Counted from the whole stretch's first letter, positions 39,535 to 51,670 are shown. The stretch is 63,746 nt of DNA, filler included, from Rhabdomonas costata (GCA_019059605.1; 41 parts of 41 records of this genome joined end to end with filler, not necessarily neighbours in it), one strand, 5' to 3'. The notes: generated by a model from the letters alone, not told the origin. Made by a program: numbers and translations.

Positions 39535-40498
39535 CTGCACGGAAATGTGGGGATGTGGGCTCAAGCTCAGACCAAATGTTGTTAATCTCAGCAAAGGCCG
39601 TCCCTTTATTAATGCCATCGCAATGTGGCAGTCGACCTGAGGTCGCCGGCACTTACAACTCTCGCCGCGGCTGGCTCCACGATATAACGTTTGGGAAAGG
39701 AGGCAGGCTGATTTTCATTATCCTTTTTTGGAAGACGACTTGTCCCCTTATGGATGGAAGAAGTTGCAGCCCAAACACCAAAGCCCCCCGACAAAACAAA
39801 CTAATCAACCTCGGACAACCTCGGATGCGGATGTGCGGCCCAAAAAGGGGTTTCGGGTGTGGTCTCTTGAAGAAGAAACCCCTCACTCACCCAATTCTCA
39901 AAAAGGAGGTTGGGGTGCACAAAAAAGCAAAATTATCAACTGGCCGTCAACGGGAAGCTTGACGGGAAGCTTTCACGAGAAAAGAGAGAGGAGGGAGGAG
40001 GGAGGAGTTGCTAGGTTGGTAGGAGTTGCTCAGAAAACCTCCTCTGGTGGACTTCCTGCGGGAGCCTTGGACGAGGCAACGGCGGACAAAGGGCCATCCC
40101 CGAAAAGCTCCGGGTCAAGCTGCTTTACCGCGCAGAACACGGCCACACAGATGCCATAGCCAGCCACAGACCCCGGTTTCTGGGTCTTGTCCACTGAAAG
40201 AAGGAACAGGAGCAGTCGTGCTTCTCAGGCTCAAGAAACCGCACCTTGTGGGCTCAGAGCGACATCTGCCATGCATACACACAAGGGCTTCAACAGCTGT
40301 GCGAAAAATAGACTGACTGCAGGAGGTGATGAATGCGAGGATCAAGGTACACGTGAGCGACCCGATAAACGGGTGAGAGAAAGGCAAAACAAAAAACCNN
40401 NNNNNNNNNNNNNNNNNNNNNNNNNNNNNNNNNNNNNNNNNNTTAATTAATTAANNNNNNNNNNNNNNNNNNNNNNNNNNNNNNNNNNNNNNNNNNNN

Positions 40499-41956
40499 AG
40501 ATATGCCTTTAGCATCAGATATGTCTGAAGTAAAGCCTACAGATGAATCACTTTCAAGATCAAGTTCTGTTTCAACAATTCATCTAGATGTAGATGAAAG
40601 AAGAGAAGATTTAGTTGAAGACAAAGAAAAACAGTTGACACATACAGAATCTATAAGTTATAGAGGAATTGATGTTATGTTGATGATGGTTAATGGGTAC
40701 GATATATTACATGAACTAATAATTTTAAAACATATATTTGAAATACAAGATAAGGGAAAAACACGAACATCAGAAGCATTAATAATTGAACATATGAAAG
40801 ATAGATATTTACATATGATGGGAGTACAAACAGAATCTGACGATGATTTTAAAAAATTTTCAAACAAAACTGGTATGTGTAAATCAGAATGGTTTCTGGA
40901 TTATTTATTTGAAGGATTTTTGATTTTGAGACATAAACAAAGTTTGTTTATGCATGGAGGTTTGATAAATAAGAATAATGATGTTGCAACAACATCAATA
41001 GGTTATTCTCCTTCTAGTAATGAACGTTTAGATGATATTGATAAATGGATAGAGTCGTTAAATAAATGGTATAAAAATACTATAATAAAACTTAGATGTG
41101 AAGCTAATAAATATATAGAAACAAAAACCTTTTTAGATCAAGAAGATGATGATAACGATATACAAAAATTAATAGAAATGACATATGGAGAATCTACATC
41201 TATAATTGTTGGAAGTCATATTGATGACATCGGAAATCCAATTTATTTACGAAATATTAATACTTCATACAATGGTACAGCAATATTACTACCATCACTC
41301 GATTTTGATACAACATCAACAGAATATCCATATGTTAGTTTACATAAATATTTAGAAAATAGAAATATATCATGCATATACGTTGGTCATACTCCACATG
41401 GTTTCTCACCAACATTCATTACAGAATTTGTTTTGGAAAAAAGACCAGAACAATACCCTACATATGTAACTGATTCTGATGGTAATTATATATTTAGTTT
41501 AGCAACTGTGATGTTAGATACTTCTAAAGATTTATGTGATACACGTTCTCATGCTGTTTCTTCATTTGTTATATCTGATAATTCAATTGTTAGTACACAG
41601 ATTATTGGAAGATCCACACAAGATATGACATCAGATGGTAGATTACATCTTGAACTTACTTACACAAAAATAGAAATGGAAAAAGATTTTTCATTAAGAT
41701 ATATAAATGAAACACCTATCAGTAACGTATCTACTTTAGGTTCGCTCTATAATTTAAGAAATAGAAAAATTAAATATGAAAAAAAGATATTGTGTGTGGA
41801 GATTGTGAAAATTTTTATAATGAGGAAGATTATGGACGTATGACATTAAAGACAGTATATAATGATGTTAATGGGAATTGTATATTACTTTTTGTAAGAA
41901 TGTGTCAAAATAATGAACATACATATTATATTGCAAGTATAGATGACAACAAAACA
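40499..41956 (+). CDS. AT-rich intronless calcineurin-like metallophosphoesterase-related protein, 5'-truncated, probable frameshift near 41780
   Basis: 446-aa ORF with LFMHGG, IYVGHTPHG and MLDTS in the order of the C-terminal metallophosphoesterase motifs. An overlapping ORF from 41792 continues after an A-run. Confidence 0.65.
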
Positions 41957-43638
41957 NNNNNNNNNNNNNNNNNNNNNNNNNNNNNNNNNNNNNNNNNNNN
42001 TTAATTAATTAANNNNNNNNNNNNNNNNNNNNNNNNNNNNNNNNNNNNNNNNNNNNGGGGTGAAAGGCTGTTGGGGTGTATGCTGGTCGTATGCTTAGTG
42101 CCTTCGCATACTCCCTAAATGTGGTGGTGAATGCTACGTACCACCTTAGGGTGGGGAGTAGCATGAACCACCACATTTAGGGAGTATGCGAAGGCACTAA
42201 GCATACGACCAGCATACACCCCAACAGCCTTTCATCCCCCGTTTGGTATCCTTGCTATCCTGTCAGTCGGCATTTCACCACCATAAGGTGCTTTCATGCC
42301 TCCTTCCATCCCTTACTCTCACTACCCCTAGCATCAAGGCATCACCTCTCAAGGCATGAAGGCATGAGTCACGTAGTGGGTCATGCCGTAATAGGAGGGC
42401 CACCGGCAGGTAGCATCACCTTTTAGCCTTTTATGCCCTATGCCGGTGGAATGCCCGAACAACCACATCTAGGGAAGGATATGCGCAGCATCGACTGACC
42501 GACATCAACACTCTTTCTTCTGTATTCCTACTTTCGGGATTCTCAGTCCTTCGAATCCCTCCCTCCCTCCTTCTATACACGTGTCTCTCCTCTCCACTCC
42601 CCGCCATAAGGCGGTACGTGGAGATCCGTCCGGGCGTAGCCACACGAAGAGAACTCAGGATAAAGGTTGATGGTGGAGGTCTCGAAGGCACCTTAGGGTG
42701 GTGGAGAGACCGAGGCATCATTCATATGGAGTGAGAGACGCAAGGATCTCACGACCGGCAAGAAACATCCCCAGGGTTCTTTATCCCCTACAGTCATGCT
42801 GAGTTACTGCATTCTTCACTCATAGTCATGCTGATACCCTACACCTCATGCCTCAACCTCACCACGTAACCCCAACATCCGACACCCAACCCACGACCTC
42901 CCAAAAACAAGAACACGTAGCCCCAAAAATGCCAACACACAACAAGCACAGTACACAGCATCAACACAAACACGCACCTTGAACCCCACGACCTCAGAAC
43001 ACGAAATGCCACGACCCCTCCAACACAAAGCCCCTCACTCCCAACACACATGACACCGTAGTACTCAGCTTGACATTGCCCACACTCTCCCCTTCGACTC
43101 ACGAACCCCAGACCTCCACAGAAACGCATGAACCCTCCGACGAACCCACAAAGCCCCACACTCCAAGAACACACACTGCCTAACAACACTAACCCTCAGA
43201 CTCCGACGCACTGACCCTCACCCTCCAACACAAACACACCCTGAGTCGCAGCAACACACAAAGCACTAACACAACGCATAAGACGGTGAGCATGGTTGAG
43301 AGTGAGCATGGTAGCAGAGGCCTTGAGACACAAACAGAGGCTGAGACCGTGACACCGTACAAGCACATCCAACGCACTACAACAGAGAGCATGGTTCGAG
43401 AAGCACACAGGAAGCGCTAGAGACACAAAGCAACAGGAAGCACAACGAACGCACAAACACACCCTCCAACCGTAACAGCCAACACACCCTCCTACACAAC
43501 AACAGTGAGCATGNNNNNNNNNNNNNNNNNNNNNNNNNNNNNNNNNNNNNNNNNNNNTTAATTAATTAANNNNNNNNNNNNNNNNNNNNNNNNNNNNNNN
43601 NNNNNNNNNNNNNTTGTTTGTGTTAGATAATTTTGCAG

Positions 43639-43945
43639 ATCAGGTGAAGGGCGACGCTGTCTGCACATCCCGCTGGGCAGTGTCCGTTTGGGGAATGTTT
43701 TAGGTGCTCCAGTGGCATGGGTGTCGCAGTTCCCAGACGAGCAGGAGGTACTATTTCCCTGTGACAGTGAGCTGTGGTTTGTGCTTCCTGAGAAGCGGGA
43801 CCGCAACCAGCCCTGGTACAAGTTCCAGGGCCCCAGCAAGAAACCGAAGAAACAGGTCTATGAGTTCACAGTGCGGTGCTACTTTGATCCCAGCCGCGGG
43901 CTTCCCGTGGTGCCTGGGTTTTCCGAGTCTGGTTTCCGAGCATAG
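43639..43945 (+). CDS. Mono-ADP-ribosyltransferase-like (R-S-E class) terminal exon
   Basis: GAPVAWVSQFPDEQEVLFP matches the SxFPxExEVLFP catalytic loop. There is a TTTGCAG acceptor and a TAG stop. Confidence 0.7.
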
Positions 43946-45319
43946 GATTTTCACAGCTCTGAAGCCGTGAAGCCTTCTGAGGTGGTGCCATGGTGAAGCT
44001 TTAGTTTTGGTCGCTGCAACTCGTTTTATTTCGCACACCAAGAGTTGTCCGGCTCGTGTGTTTGCAAGCAGGTAAAATTCCTGCTGACACTGTACTGTTT
44101 CACGCGTGGCTTGCGCTGCCACAGCGGTTTGCCTGTCGAAGCAATGCACTTGGCGGCTTTGTGTTGGACGAGGCTGGATTATGCGGATAAAAGAGTACCC
44201 TCCCAAATTACTGCGGCAAGTGGGGTGGTAAAGAAGGTTGTTGTCGAGTACCACGAGAGTACGGCAGTGTGAAGCTCAGTGAGAGTGAAACATTGTGTTG
44301 GTTGAGTGAATGCTCGTTTCCCTCCAATGTTGGAAACAAAGCGATGATTGCTCGCTGTGGTCTGCAAAATGCCATCGATGTGATATGGGTGCTTGTGGGC
44401 TAGTGACGTCTTAGGGTTTCGGCTCGGGGAGGAAGAGGATGCATCTTTTTGAGTATCCACATTCTTACAACTGGTGCTGCGGAGAAACTCAACTGGTGTC
44501 CAGTTGTCATGAACGTTTCTCGCCGACAAAGTTGAGGTTGCTTGATTTTGTGTGGATATGAGTGGAATGGGCTACATGGCGCAGTTTCTTACTTTTTCCC
44601 TTTCCCGCCTTGTCGGTTTCGTGCTTGTCTGTGCCGCTGGGAGGCTTTCTGGAGGCCACCAGCACACTGCAGTTACCATGTTGCATTAGCCTTCTCAGGC
44701 TTAAAGGTGATCGTTATTTTTGCATTCTTTGTATTTTCCTTTGGTTGAAACTGGATTTCCAATGCACACCTGCTGCGTATGTGGTTGAGTTATTGTCATT
44801 CATTTTGTGGTAATGGGAGCTTCCGGCTTTTGCCCTCTCACATTGCTTGTTCTCCTGGGTGTTGAGATTACTATTAAGGTGTACGCAGTAAACAGTGTTT
44901 CTAGACCAGGACGCTTTTCTGGCCTTGCTTTCTTCCCTTTCTCAGGATTCGCAAACTTTTACAACACCCACCAGCATCTTTCGCCTGCGAATGAGTGGTT
45001 TGCATTTTCACGCCTCTTTCTCCCCCTTCTCGACGCTCGTTCATAATAAAGGAGCGATTACACCCCAACACNNNNNNNNNNNNNNNNNNNNNNNNNNNNN
45101 NNNNNNNNNNNNNNNTTAATTAATTAANNNNNNNNNNNNNNNNNNNNNNNNNNNNNNNNNNNNNNNNNNNNGGGGTGTGGGTTTTTTATTTTTAAAAAAA
45201 GCGGTCTAGTTAATAACTCGCGCCAATCACATCGAGATGTTGGTGAAGCGGCGGTTCTGGCGGTTCTGCGAAAGCAAGCTGGCTTGGAAACATAACGCAT
45301 ACAAGGAGATTAAAAAACA

Positions 45320-45626
45320 GGCAATACTTTAGAATTGTACCCACGGCCAGGAACCCTAACCCTAACCCTTACCGTATTCCTAACCCTAACCCTAACGCTA
45401 ACGCTAACGCTAACGCTAACCCTAACCCTAACCCTAACCCTAACCCTAACCCTAACCCTAACCCCCAACGGTAACGTCAAACAAGCCAATAAACACATAA
45501 TCTTGTACTTTTCCATCCATTTTCTTCGCTTCTTGTCATCTCCAACAATTTCAAAAAGATCATAAAGCGTAAGCATCTCAAAAGAGAACCTGAATACAGA
45601 GGTGGGTACAATTCTAAAGTAACGCC
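45320..45626 (-). mobile_element. Merlin-type non-autonomous DNA transposon (MITE) with internal telomere-like array
   Basis: 25-bp TIRs GGC(AA/GT)TACTTTAGAATTGTACCCAC at 45320-45344 and 45602-45626. Exact 8-bp TSD AAAAAACA at 45312-45319 and 45627-45634. An internal MLTLYDLFEIVGDDKKRRKWMEKYKI resembles a Merlin/IS1595 transposase N-terminus. Confidence 0.85.
45354..45468 (+). repeat. Interstitial (CCCTAA)n telomere-like array with CGCTAA variants
   Basis: Directly visible hexamer array lying inside the TIRs, not at a contig end. Confidence 0.95.
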
Positions 45627-45679
45627 AAAAAACATTCCATAATATGATAGTGCACCCCACGCGGTTCCTGGTTCACCGT

Positions 45680-46631
45680 TCATGACATCCTGAACCCCCA
45701 ACACAGAATCCCTCGACACCCCTCAGAACATGACAGCCATGATACATACGTCTTGAAACAGCACGCATTGACAGCCATGAGACAGCACTTGACACGGAGA
45801 CAGGATGCGTTGGAGACAGGAAGGCAGAGGGAACACACACAGCCATAACACAAGGGCGTAAAACACACACAGCAGCTGACACACGAAGCATTGACACAGC
45901 GTAGGACACAGAAGGTAGCAACACGACACATGGAGACAGGGCATGGAATCGGCACAGACACGAAGCACTAACACAAGGGCATGAAACAGCAGGCAACATC
46001 CGAAGCACTCACACAGCAGTAGAAACAGGGAGCATGGTTGTAGGAATCGAGACAGAGGAAGCAGTGGACACAGAGCATGAGACAGAGCATGAGATCGGAA
46101 CACGTGAAGCCATGGAGACAGCGCTAACAACAGCTAACAACAGAACCAGGACACACAACAAGCACTAAGGAGGCAGAAGGAACACAAACAGAGGCAAGAG
46201 AGCATGGTTGGACAGACGGAGAGCATGGTTGTTGAGAGCATGGTAGCAGTGAGCATGGTTGAGACGGACGGACAGCAACACCAACAGCACAAGCCCTGAC
46301 AACGGAATCGCGAACACCAACACCCTCCGACCCTGACATCCTGACACCCTGACAGCCTGACACCCTAACACCATGAGAGCATGACAACAAGCAACGCACT
46401 GACACCATGACAACCAACGCACAAACAACCAACAGCCCAACACCCATTAACACAACACACACGTATACAGTAAGAGTAAGAGTAAGAGGAACAGTAACAG
46501 GAACAGGTACAGCTACGGATACGGATACGGCAAGGTTAAGAGTGAGCATGGTTACGGTAACAGACAGCAGCACGAACAGAGACAGCGTAACACCAAGCAC
46601 TAGCAACACACTCCATACCAACACCGACACA
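45680..46631. repeat. Strand-skewed (T-poor) complex repeat with GAGCATGGT units
   Basis: Repeated GAGAGCATGGTT, GTGAGCATGG and ACACGAAGCA motifs. The GAGCATGG units also occur at 43285-43513. Confidence 0.75.
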
Positions 46632-46733
46632 NNNNNNNNNNNNNNNNNNNNNNNNNNNNNNNNNNNNNNNNNNNNTTAATTAATTAANNNNNNNNNNNNN
46701 NNNNNNNNNNNNNNNNNNNNNNNNNNNNNNNTC

Positions 46734-46919
46734 CACGGCCCTAGGGTGGCTTTCCTGCTCGCCGTGGAGGTGATCTGGAACATCTTCCCCAGCACCGCCC
46801 TAACCTCGCTTTGCCTGACCGGGCTGCACCTGGCCCTGCTGGGGTGCCTGGTGCGGTCCACCCCCTCGGCCCCACTGGACCGTGCAAGCGAGCCTCGGGA
46901 TGCACTGAAGCAGCAATGA
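46734..46919 (+). CDS. ALG3: ALG3 alpha-1,3-mannosyltransferase, C-terminal part (missed by the ORF track)
   Basis: RVAFLLAVEVIWNIFPSTALTSLCLTGLHLALLGCL..* matches the ALG3 C-terminal ExxWNxYPSTxxSSxxLxxxH motif. TGA stop at 46917-46919. Confidence 0.8.
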   Translation, partial: HGPRVAFLLAVEVIWNIFPSTALTSLCLTGLHLALLGCLVRSTPSAPLDRASEPRDALKQQ

Positions 46920-48529
46920 GGAACTTCCAGAGAAGACCGGAAGAAAACGAGGGATCCTTTATGGTTGGACTTTGTCGGACCTCGGAGTAGTACTGGTGAC
47001 TGGTGGCAAGTTGGGTTCCCGATCGGAAGTGAAGAAAACTGGGGAAGAACTTGGTCTCCAAGGGTGTAATCAACCTGTTGCTGCCAAGTTGGGGAACGTG
47101 ACGAAGGGGAAGGATGCCACGACTTGAATCGGCATACTGCACCACTGTTTTTGGTATGATGTGTAGGCTGGGGGCACTCAAATTGCGTCCGTGAAAAGCC
47201 TGTCCGCATAGAAGCGAAACAGAAAGCTCAAACACAGGAGTGCCAGAATCTGCGTGCCAGCGTCCAATGCACATCAGATGGATGCCGATTCAACTGATCA
47301 CGACGCTGATCGTGCTGGCAGGCGTTCTGTCCCGAAGTATGTTCTGGCAGCCAATTCTATGATTAGGGATTGCATCCTGGGGGTACGCCTCGGGAGGGCA
47401 AGGCCCAACCACCATGACGTCCAAAACGGCAAACCGTGGTTTTGCTCATGGTCAGCGCCTTCGAACACATTGTCAAAGTCCCGCCGCACAAGCCACCCCT
47501 GGCACCCTGGATCACTGATCGGGGTTTGTTTATCTCTTCCGCCACCCCATTATGAACGGGTACTTTTTAAAAATTATTCGCCGCCAGGGCTCGTTGCCTG
47601 GCTTGATGTGTCTGTTTTTTCTGTTTCGCCTTATTGCTGGTGCGCTTGTGCCGATTTTTCCTGCGCTTGGTTTTCGGTCTTGCGCCACCTCTGTGCAAGC
47701 TGTTTCGCTCCCGTTGTGTTTTTTCTATTTGTGCATTAGCTCACCCGTTTCACACGCCCTTGCCGTCGAAAACTCCCTCGGACAGCTTTGCCCTGGGCGG
47801 CCACAACCGGCGGCAAGGCAAGAAAAAAATCTACTTCGCACTCGGTTCCGGTTCCGGAAAACAACACCCACACCCAAAACGCAAAATTCCCGCGCAAAAA
47901 GGCCGATAGGTATTTTTCACCCTGTTTCAGTTTGTTCCAACCCTCTTATTTTACGAGGACGTATTTCGCCCTTTCCCATTACAGATTTGTTTTTATCTCG
48001 TCCCGTTCGTCCCGTTCAATCGGTTTTCCAGCGAAAACGTTTTCGCTCCTATTTTCCCACCAAAAAGGTGGCGGATAGTTTTTTCAAACCCAGGGGCGGG
48101 AGAAGCCCGGACTCCTACCCCATTCATCTCGGAATCGAAAAACTACAATACAAAACTACCTACAATAAAAGCACACTCTCAAAAACAAANNNNNNNNNNN
48201 NNNNNNNNNNNNNNNNNNNNNNNNNNNNNNNNNTTAATTAATTAANNNNNNNNNNNNNNNNNNNNNNNNNNNNNNNNNNNNNNNNNNNNTGTTTTAGCAT
48301 TATCGAGGGGTTCAAATCCTATGTTTTTATCAAATATGTCAACTAGGCGTACGGGATTTTGGGGAACCCCCCCCCCCTATCGTTTGCGGTGCACTTTATG
48401 GACCCAGGTGTTGATTCATTGAGGATGTGTTGCGCGGGGAGGGGAGGGGCTCCGTTTGTGGGTGAACGTGCATTGCTCCCTGTCCCCCAAGCGACATATT
48501 CTGTTTAATTGCAAGACATGCATCCTGTA

Positions 48530-48601
48530 GGGTCCGTAAAAAGCAAAGAAAATGGGAGGGGGGAGGGTCCCAAAATGCACCTGATAGGGGAGGGAATCCC
48601 C
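48530..48601. mobile_element. Short MITE-like dispersed repeat, copy related to 11416-11478
   Basis: Shares internal motifs with the contig-8 copy in the opposite orientation, and is followed by TAA. Confidence 0.45.
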
Positions 48602-50494
48602 TAACGGCCAATTTCTTTTTAGCCTTACTTCACAGTCATCACCAACCCCAAGCGCGGGCGAGTTGGGTGTTCCTAAGGCTTGCCGTGGGGATGCCCCGTC
48701 GGGCACAGATCACTGAGTATCGAAAGCCCGTCCTTCTTCCAAGCGCAGGGCCAGTTGAGTATAGCCACCGAGACGGCACTGGAAGGCGCAGGTGGGGTTG
48801 TTGGTGAAGGCAAATTACTCAGATCCTTTGGCAGTTAACAAAAATGGCATCGCTAGCTTCAACCCATCCCCTTCCAAACCGGAGGTAAAGGCGGGGAAAA
48901 ACAACCAAGCTCGGAAACGTGATCTCGGGTGGCAAAGCCTTGCGCGCATTCCCCCAAATAATGCACAGCTGCTGGACAACACAACTCTCACACAGAGAGA
49001 TGGACAGCAGGGTTGGGCGAGAAGGGGGAGGGAGGAGCATGCAGGTGGCGCAGCCTCACACTCTACCCAGAAATTGCGGTGAGGCGTCTGCCCCTTCCTG
49101 TGTACCTCAGAAGCGGAGACTGAGCCAAGGGAAGGGAGCAAACGCAAACATGGAGACAGAAGAGATAGGCAACAAAACACAGAAGTTGGTTTGACGACGG
49201 CATTGAAACAAAAACAAAAGAGAGAGAAGAGAAGAGGAGCGACGTGGAGATCTGGAAAGGCTCTTTCACTTTACATTTACTACGTAACTGCACGCGCACA
49301 GAGGGGGAGTCAGGCAGAGAGATGCAGGTGGAAAGAAAAGGGACTGACCACGATTTTGGTCCGTAAAGTGCGCATGAACTGGGCGAGTGAAGGCGAAGTA
49401 GATGCACGAACTGCCGGAAAAGGGCAGAGGAACACGGTTGTGCGTCCGTGGGTTATCTGCTCACACTATTGTGTGTGTGTGTGTGTGTGTGTGTTGTGCT
49501 AATGTGTGTTTTTCACCTCGCTCCACCCTCGGTCCTCCTCTGCCGACCTCCAGACCTACACCCCAGTGGTCAACGGTCTCCCGGAAATGAGGAAATGAAG
49601 GGTCGGTGGGGGAATGCCAGTTGCTTCGAATCAGATCCAAAACCCATTCGCTGACTTCCCATGCCCTGGGATCGGTGCCAGGGAAGGAGGCCTCACAAAA
49701 GCAAACATCACTTAGGCTCGGCGCATGTATCCCTCAGAAAACCCAACNNNNNNNNNNNNNNNNNNNNNNNNNNNNNNNNNNNNNNNNNNNNTTAATTAAT
49801 TAANNNNNNNNNNNNNNNNNNNNNNNNNNNNNNNNNNNNNNNNNNNNGTGGGGGGGTGTCTTTGTTTTGGGGGGGGGGCATGCTCGTGATTCGCTAACCC
49901 GATCTCCCTAATGTCTTCTCTTCTGCTCCAGCAGGAAGTGCATACTGCACACAACATACTGCTGATGAGAGAACGAGCAACTTCCGCCGTCCACTGCTTG
50001 GGTTTTCTCCTTTTTCAATTACTTGGCCTGCAGCTCCACGGGGTGCACTGGGTGCCACCCTCTTCGCCGGTGCTCCTTGGCGCAGTTGTTTCATCTTTGG
50101 TATTGTGCAGTTTGGGCGTCTGTATTGTATAGAGCAAATGCACAACAGTCCTCCAGTATTCTTCTTCTTGCTTCATTGCTTTTCCCGCTTACTGGGGAGC
50201 AGAGTTCTACAGCGCCTGTAGGCACCAACAGGATCCCGACAGGATTTTGGATGGGGTTAGAGCGCGGAGAATTTGTTGGTGGGGATGGAGGTGGCTGACG
50301 AGGAGCGAATGGAAGAATATTAGAAATAAAACTGCACTTGAACCTGTCGGAACAGGAGGTGGTGCCACTGCAAACCAAATGGCACATAAAACCACGCACG
50401 CACACACTTTGTGCACTTGGCTGGGACGACTTTTTTCTGGGGAAGACTCGCGGGAAGACACACACACAACGGCATCTTACACAGCCCCCACACT

Positions 50495-51215
50495 TCACAC
50501 CTCCATCGCGGCGGCCAGCTTGTGTTGCCTCAGCAGGGCCACGGCATGGCACACCAGCGCCAGTGCATGGCGCACCTCGCACTCCTCTTCCGCCAGCTCC
50601 GCGGCCTGCGCCACGGCAGCCTTGACCAGCTCCACCCCAAACATGGACTTAGACATGACCTGCACCTCATCGTCCACGCCATCCCCTGCCACAGCCTCGG
50701 CCTTCGAAGACAGCGACGATGACAAGGAGGTGGCTCCTGCTGCCGGGGCCACCAGAGGGGGTGACAAGGTGGCCCCCACCGGAGGGGTGGAGGGGTTCGC
50801 AGGAGGGGTTGAAGGCGCGGGAATCACAGCAGACCCTACCTGTATTTTGTAGCAGTGAGCCTCTGGGTCAAGACACTGCTAATGCGGCTGTCTAGCAAGC
50901 TTTCGGTTAAAGCAGAACTGTTGGATGGGCTGTACACCAGAAATATGTCCAGAGGCAGATATGACGCTGGTCAACAAAACAAACACTCCCGAATTCCGAG
51001 TTGGATGAGGGGCACCCACCTCATCGGCATGGTCCGCAATCTTTCTTTCGTCTGCAGAAGAGCACCGGTTCAGCTCGGACAGGCAGGAGCTTCCACTCCC
51101 GCCTCCCTTTCCGGCCACCACCGCATCAAGCTCACCACAGCTCCAAATCCCTTTGCCTCCTATCGGAAGGGCCAAAGGCGGGGGTCCCGCGGTGCCTGAC
51201 TCCTCGTTCTCCTCT
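50495..51215 (-). CDS. Partial spliced hypothetical protein, last exons
   Basis: Exons EENEESGTAGPP..KIADHADE (~51215-51020) and VGSAVIPAPSTPP..FGVELVKAAVAQAAELAEEECEVRHAL.. (50839-50495). Confidence 0.5.
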
Positions 51216-51405
51216 TGGAGGGTAGGGGTCAGCGTGGGAAGGAAGGGCGCCGAGAGCCGTGTGGATATAGGGTGGCTCTCGGCGCCCTTCCTTCCCACCA
51301 CCACCNNNNNNNNNNNNNNNNNNNNNNNNNNNNNNNNNNNNNNNNNNNNTTAATTAATTAANNNNNNNNNNNNNNNNNNNNNNNNNNNNNNNNNNNNNNN
51401 NNNNN

Positions 51406-51670
51406 CAGCGTGCGCAGGTTGAAGTCGGGTAGAAGTTAGCTCGTCTCTCCAGGTCCCGTAGGCCAACGACTATCCGATGTGCTCACCCACGGTATGGCGC
51501 ATCATTGCTACGTGTAGGAGGAACGGGGTAGGATGACTATCTGTCAGTATCTGTGGCGTGGGCGTGACGGCAAGGCGATGGAAGGTGTGGGTTGGAGGCA
51601 TGGCGTTGGAAGTCGGGGAGCGTAGGAAGACTCTGGAGGGTAGGCTATCACGGAACGGAAGGGGATACCC
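51406..51670 (+). rRNA. Candidate highly divergent organellar LSU rRNA 3' region (H89 to sarcin-ricin loop)
   Basis: Short landmarks collinear with 23S: CAGCGT..ACGAC, CGATGTGCTCA (51475), GGTATGGC (51491), CTACGTG (51508), GAACG, CTATCTG (51537), CGTGGGCG (51557), GCGTAGGAA, and AC-GGAA-GG (51655-51662, an SRL-like GNRA loop). Confidence 0.35.

Noticed and set aside
45310-45660. ORFs with VRVRVR or LTLTLT runs, and a true telomere
   Set aside because: These are translations of the hexamer array, which is internal and enclosed by TIRs and a TSD.
45673-46679. Long Cys/Val/Leu-rich ORFs in skewed repeats (also 2175-2713 and 42839-43462)
   Set aside because: The frames stay open because of compositional skew, overlap in several frames, and contain no protein motifs.
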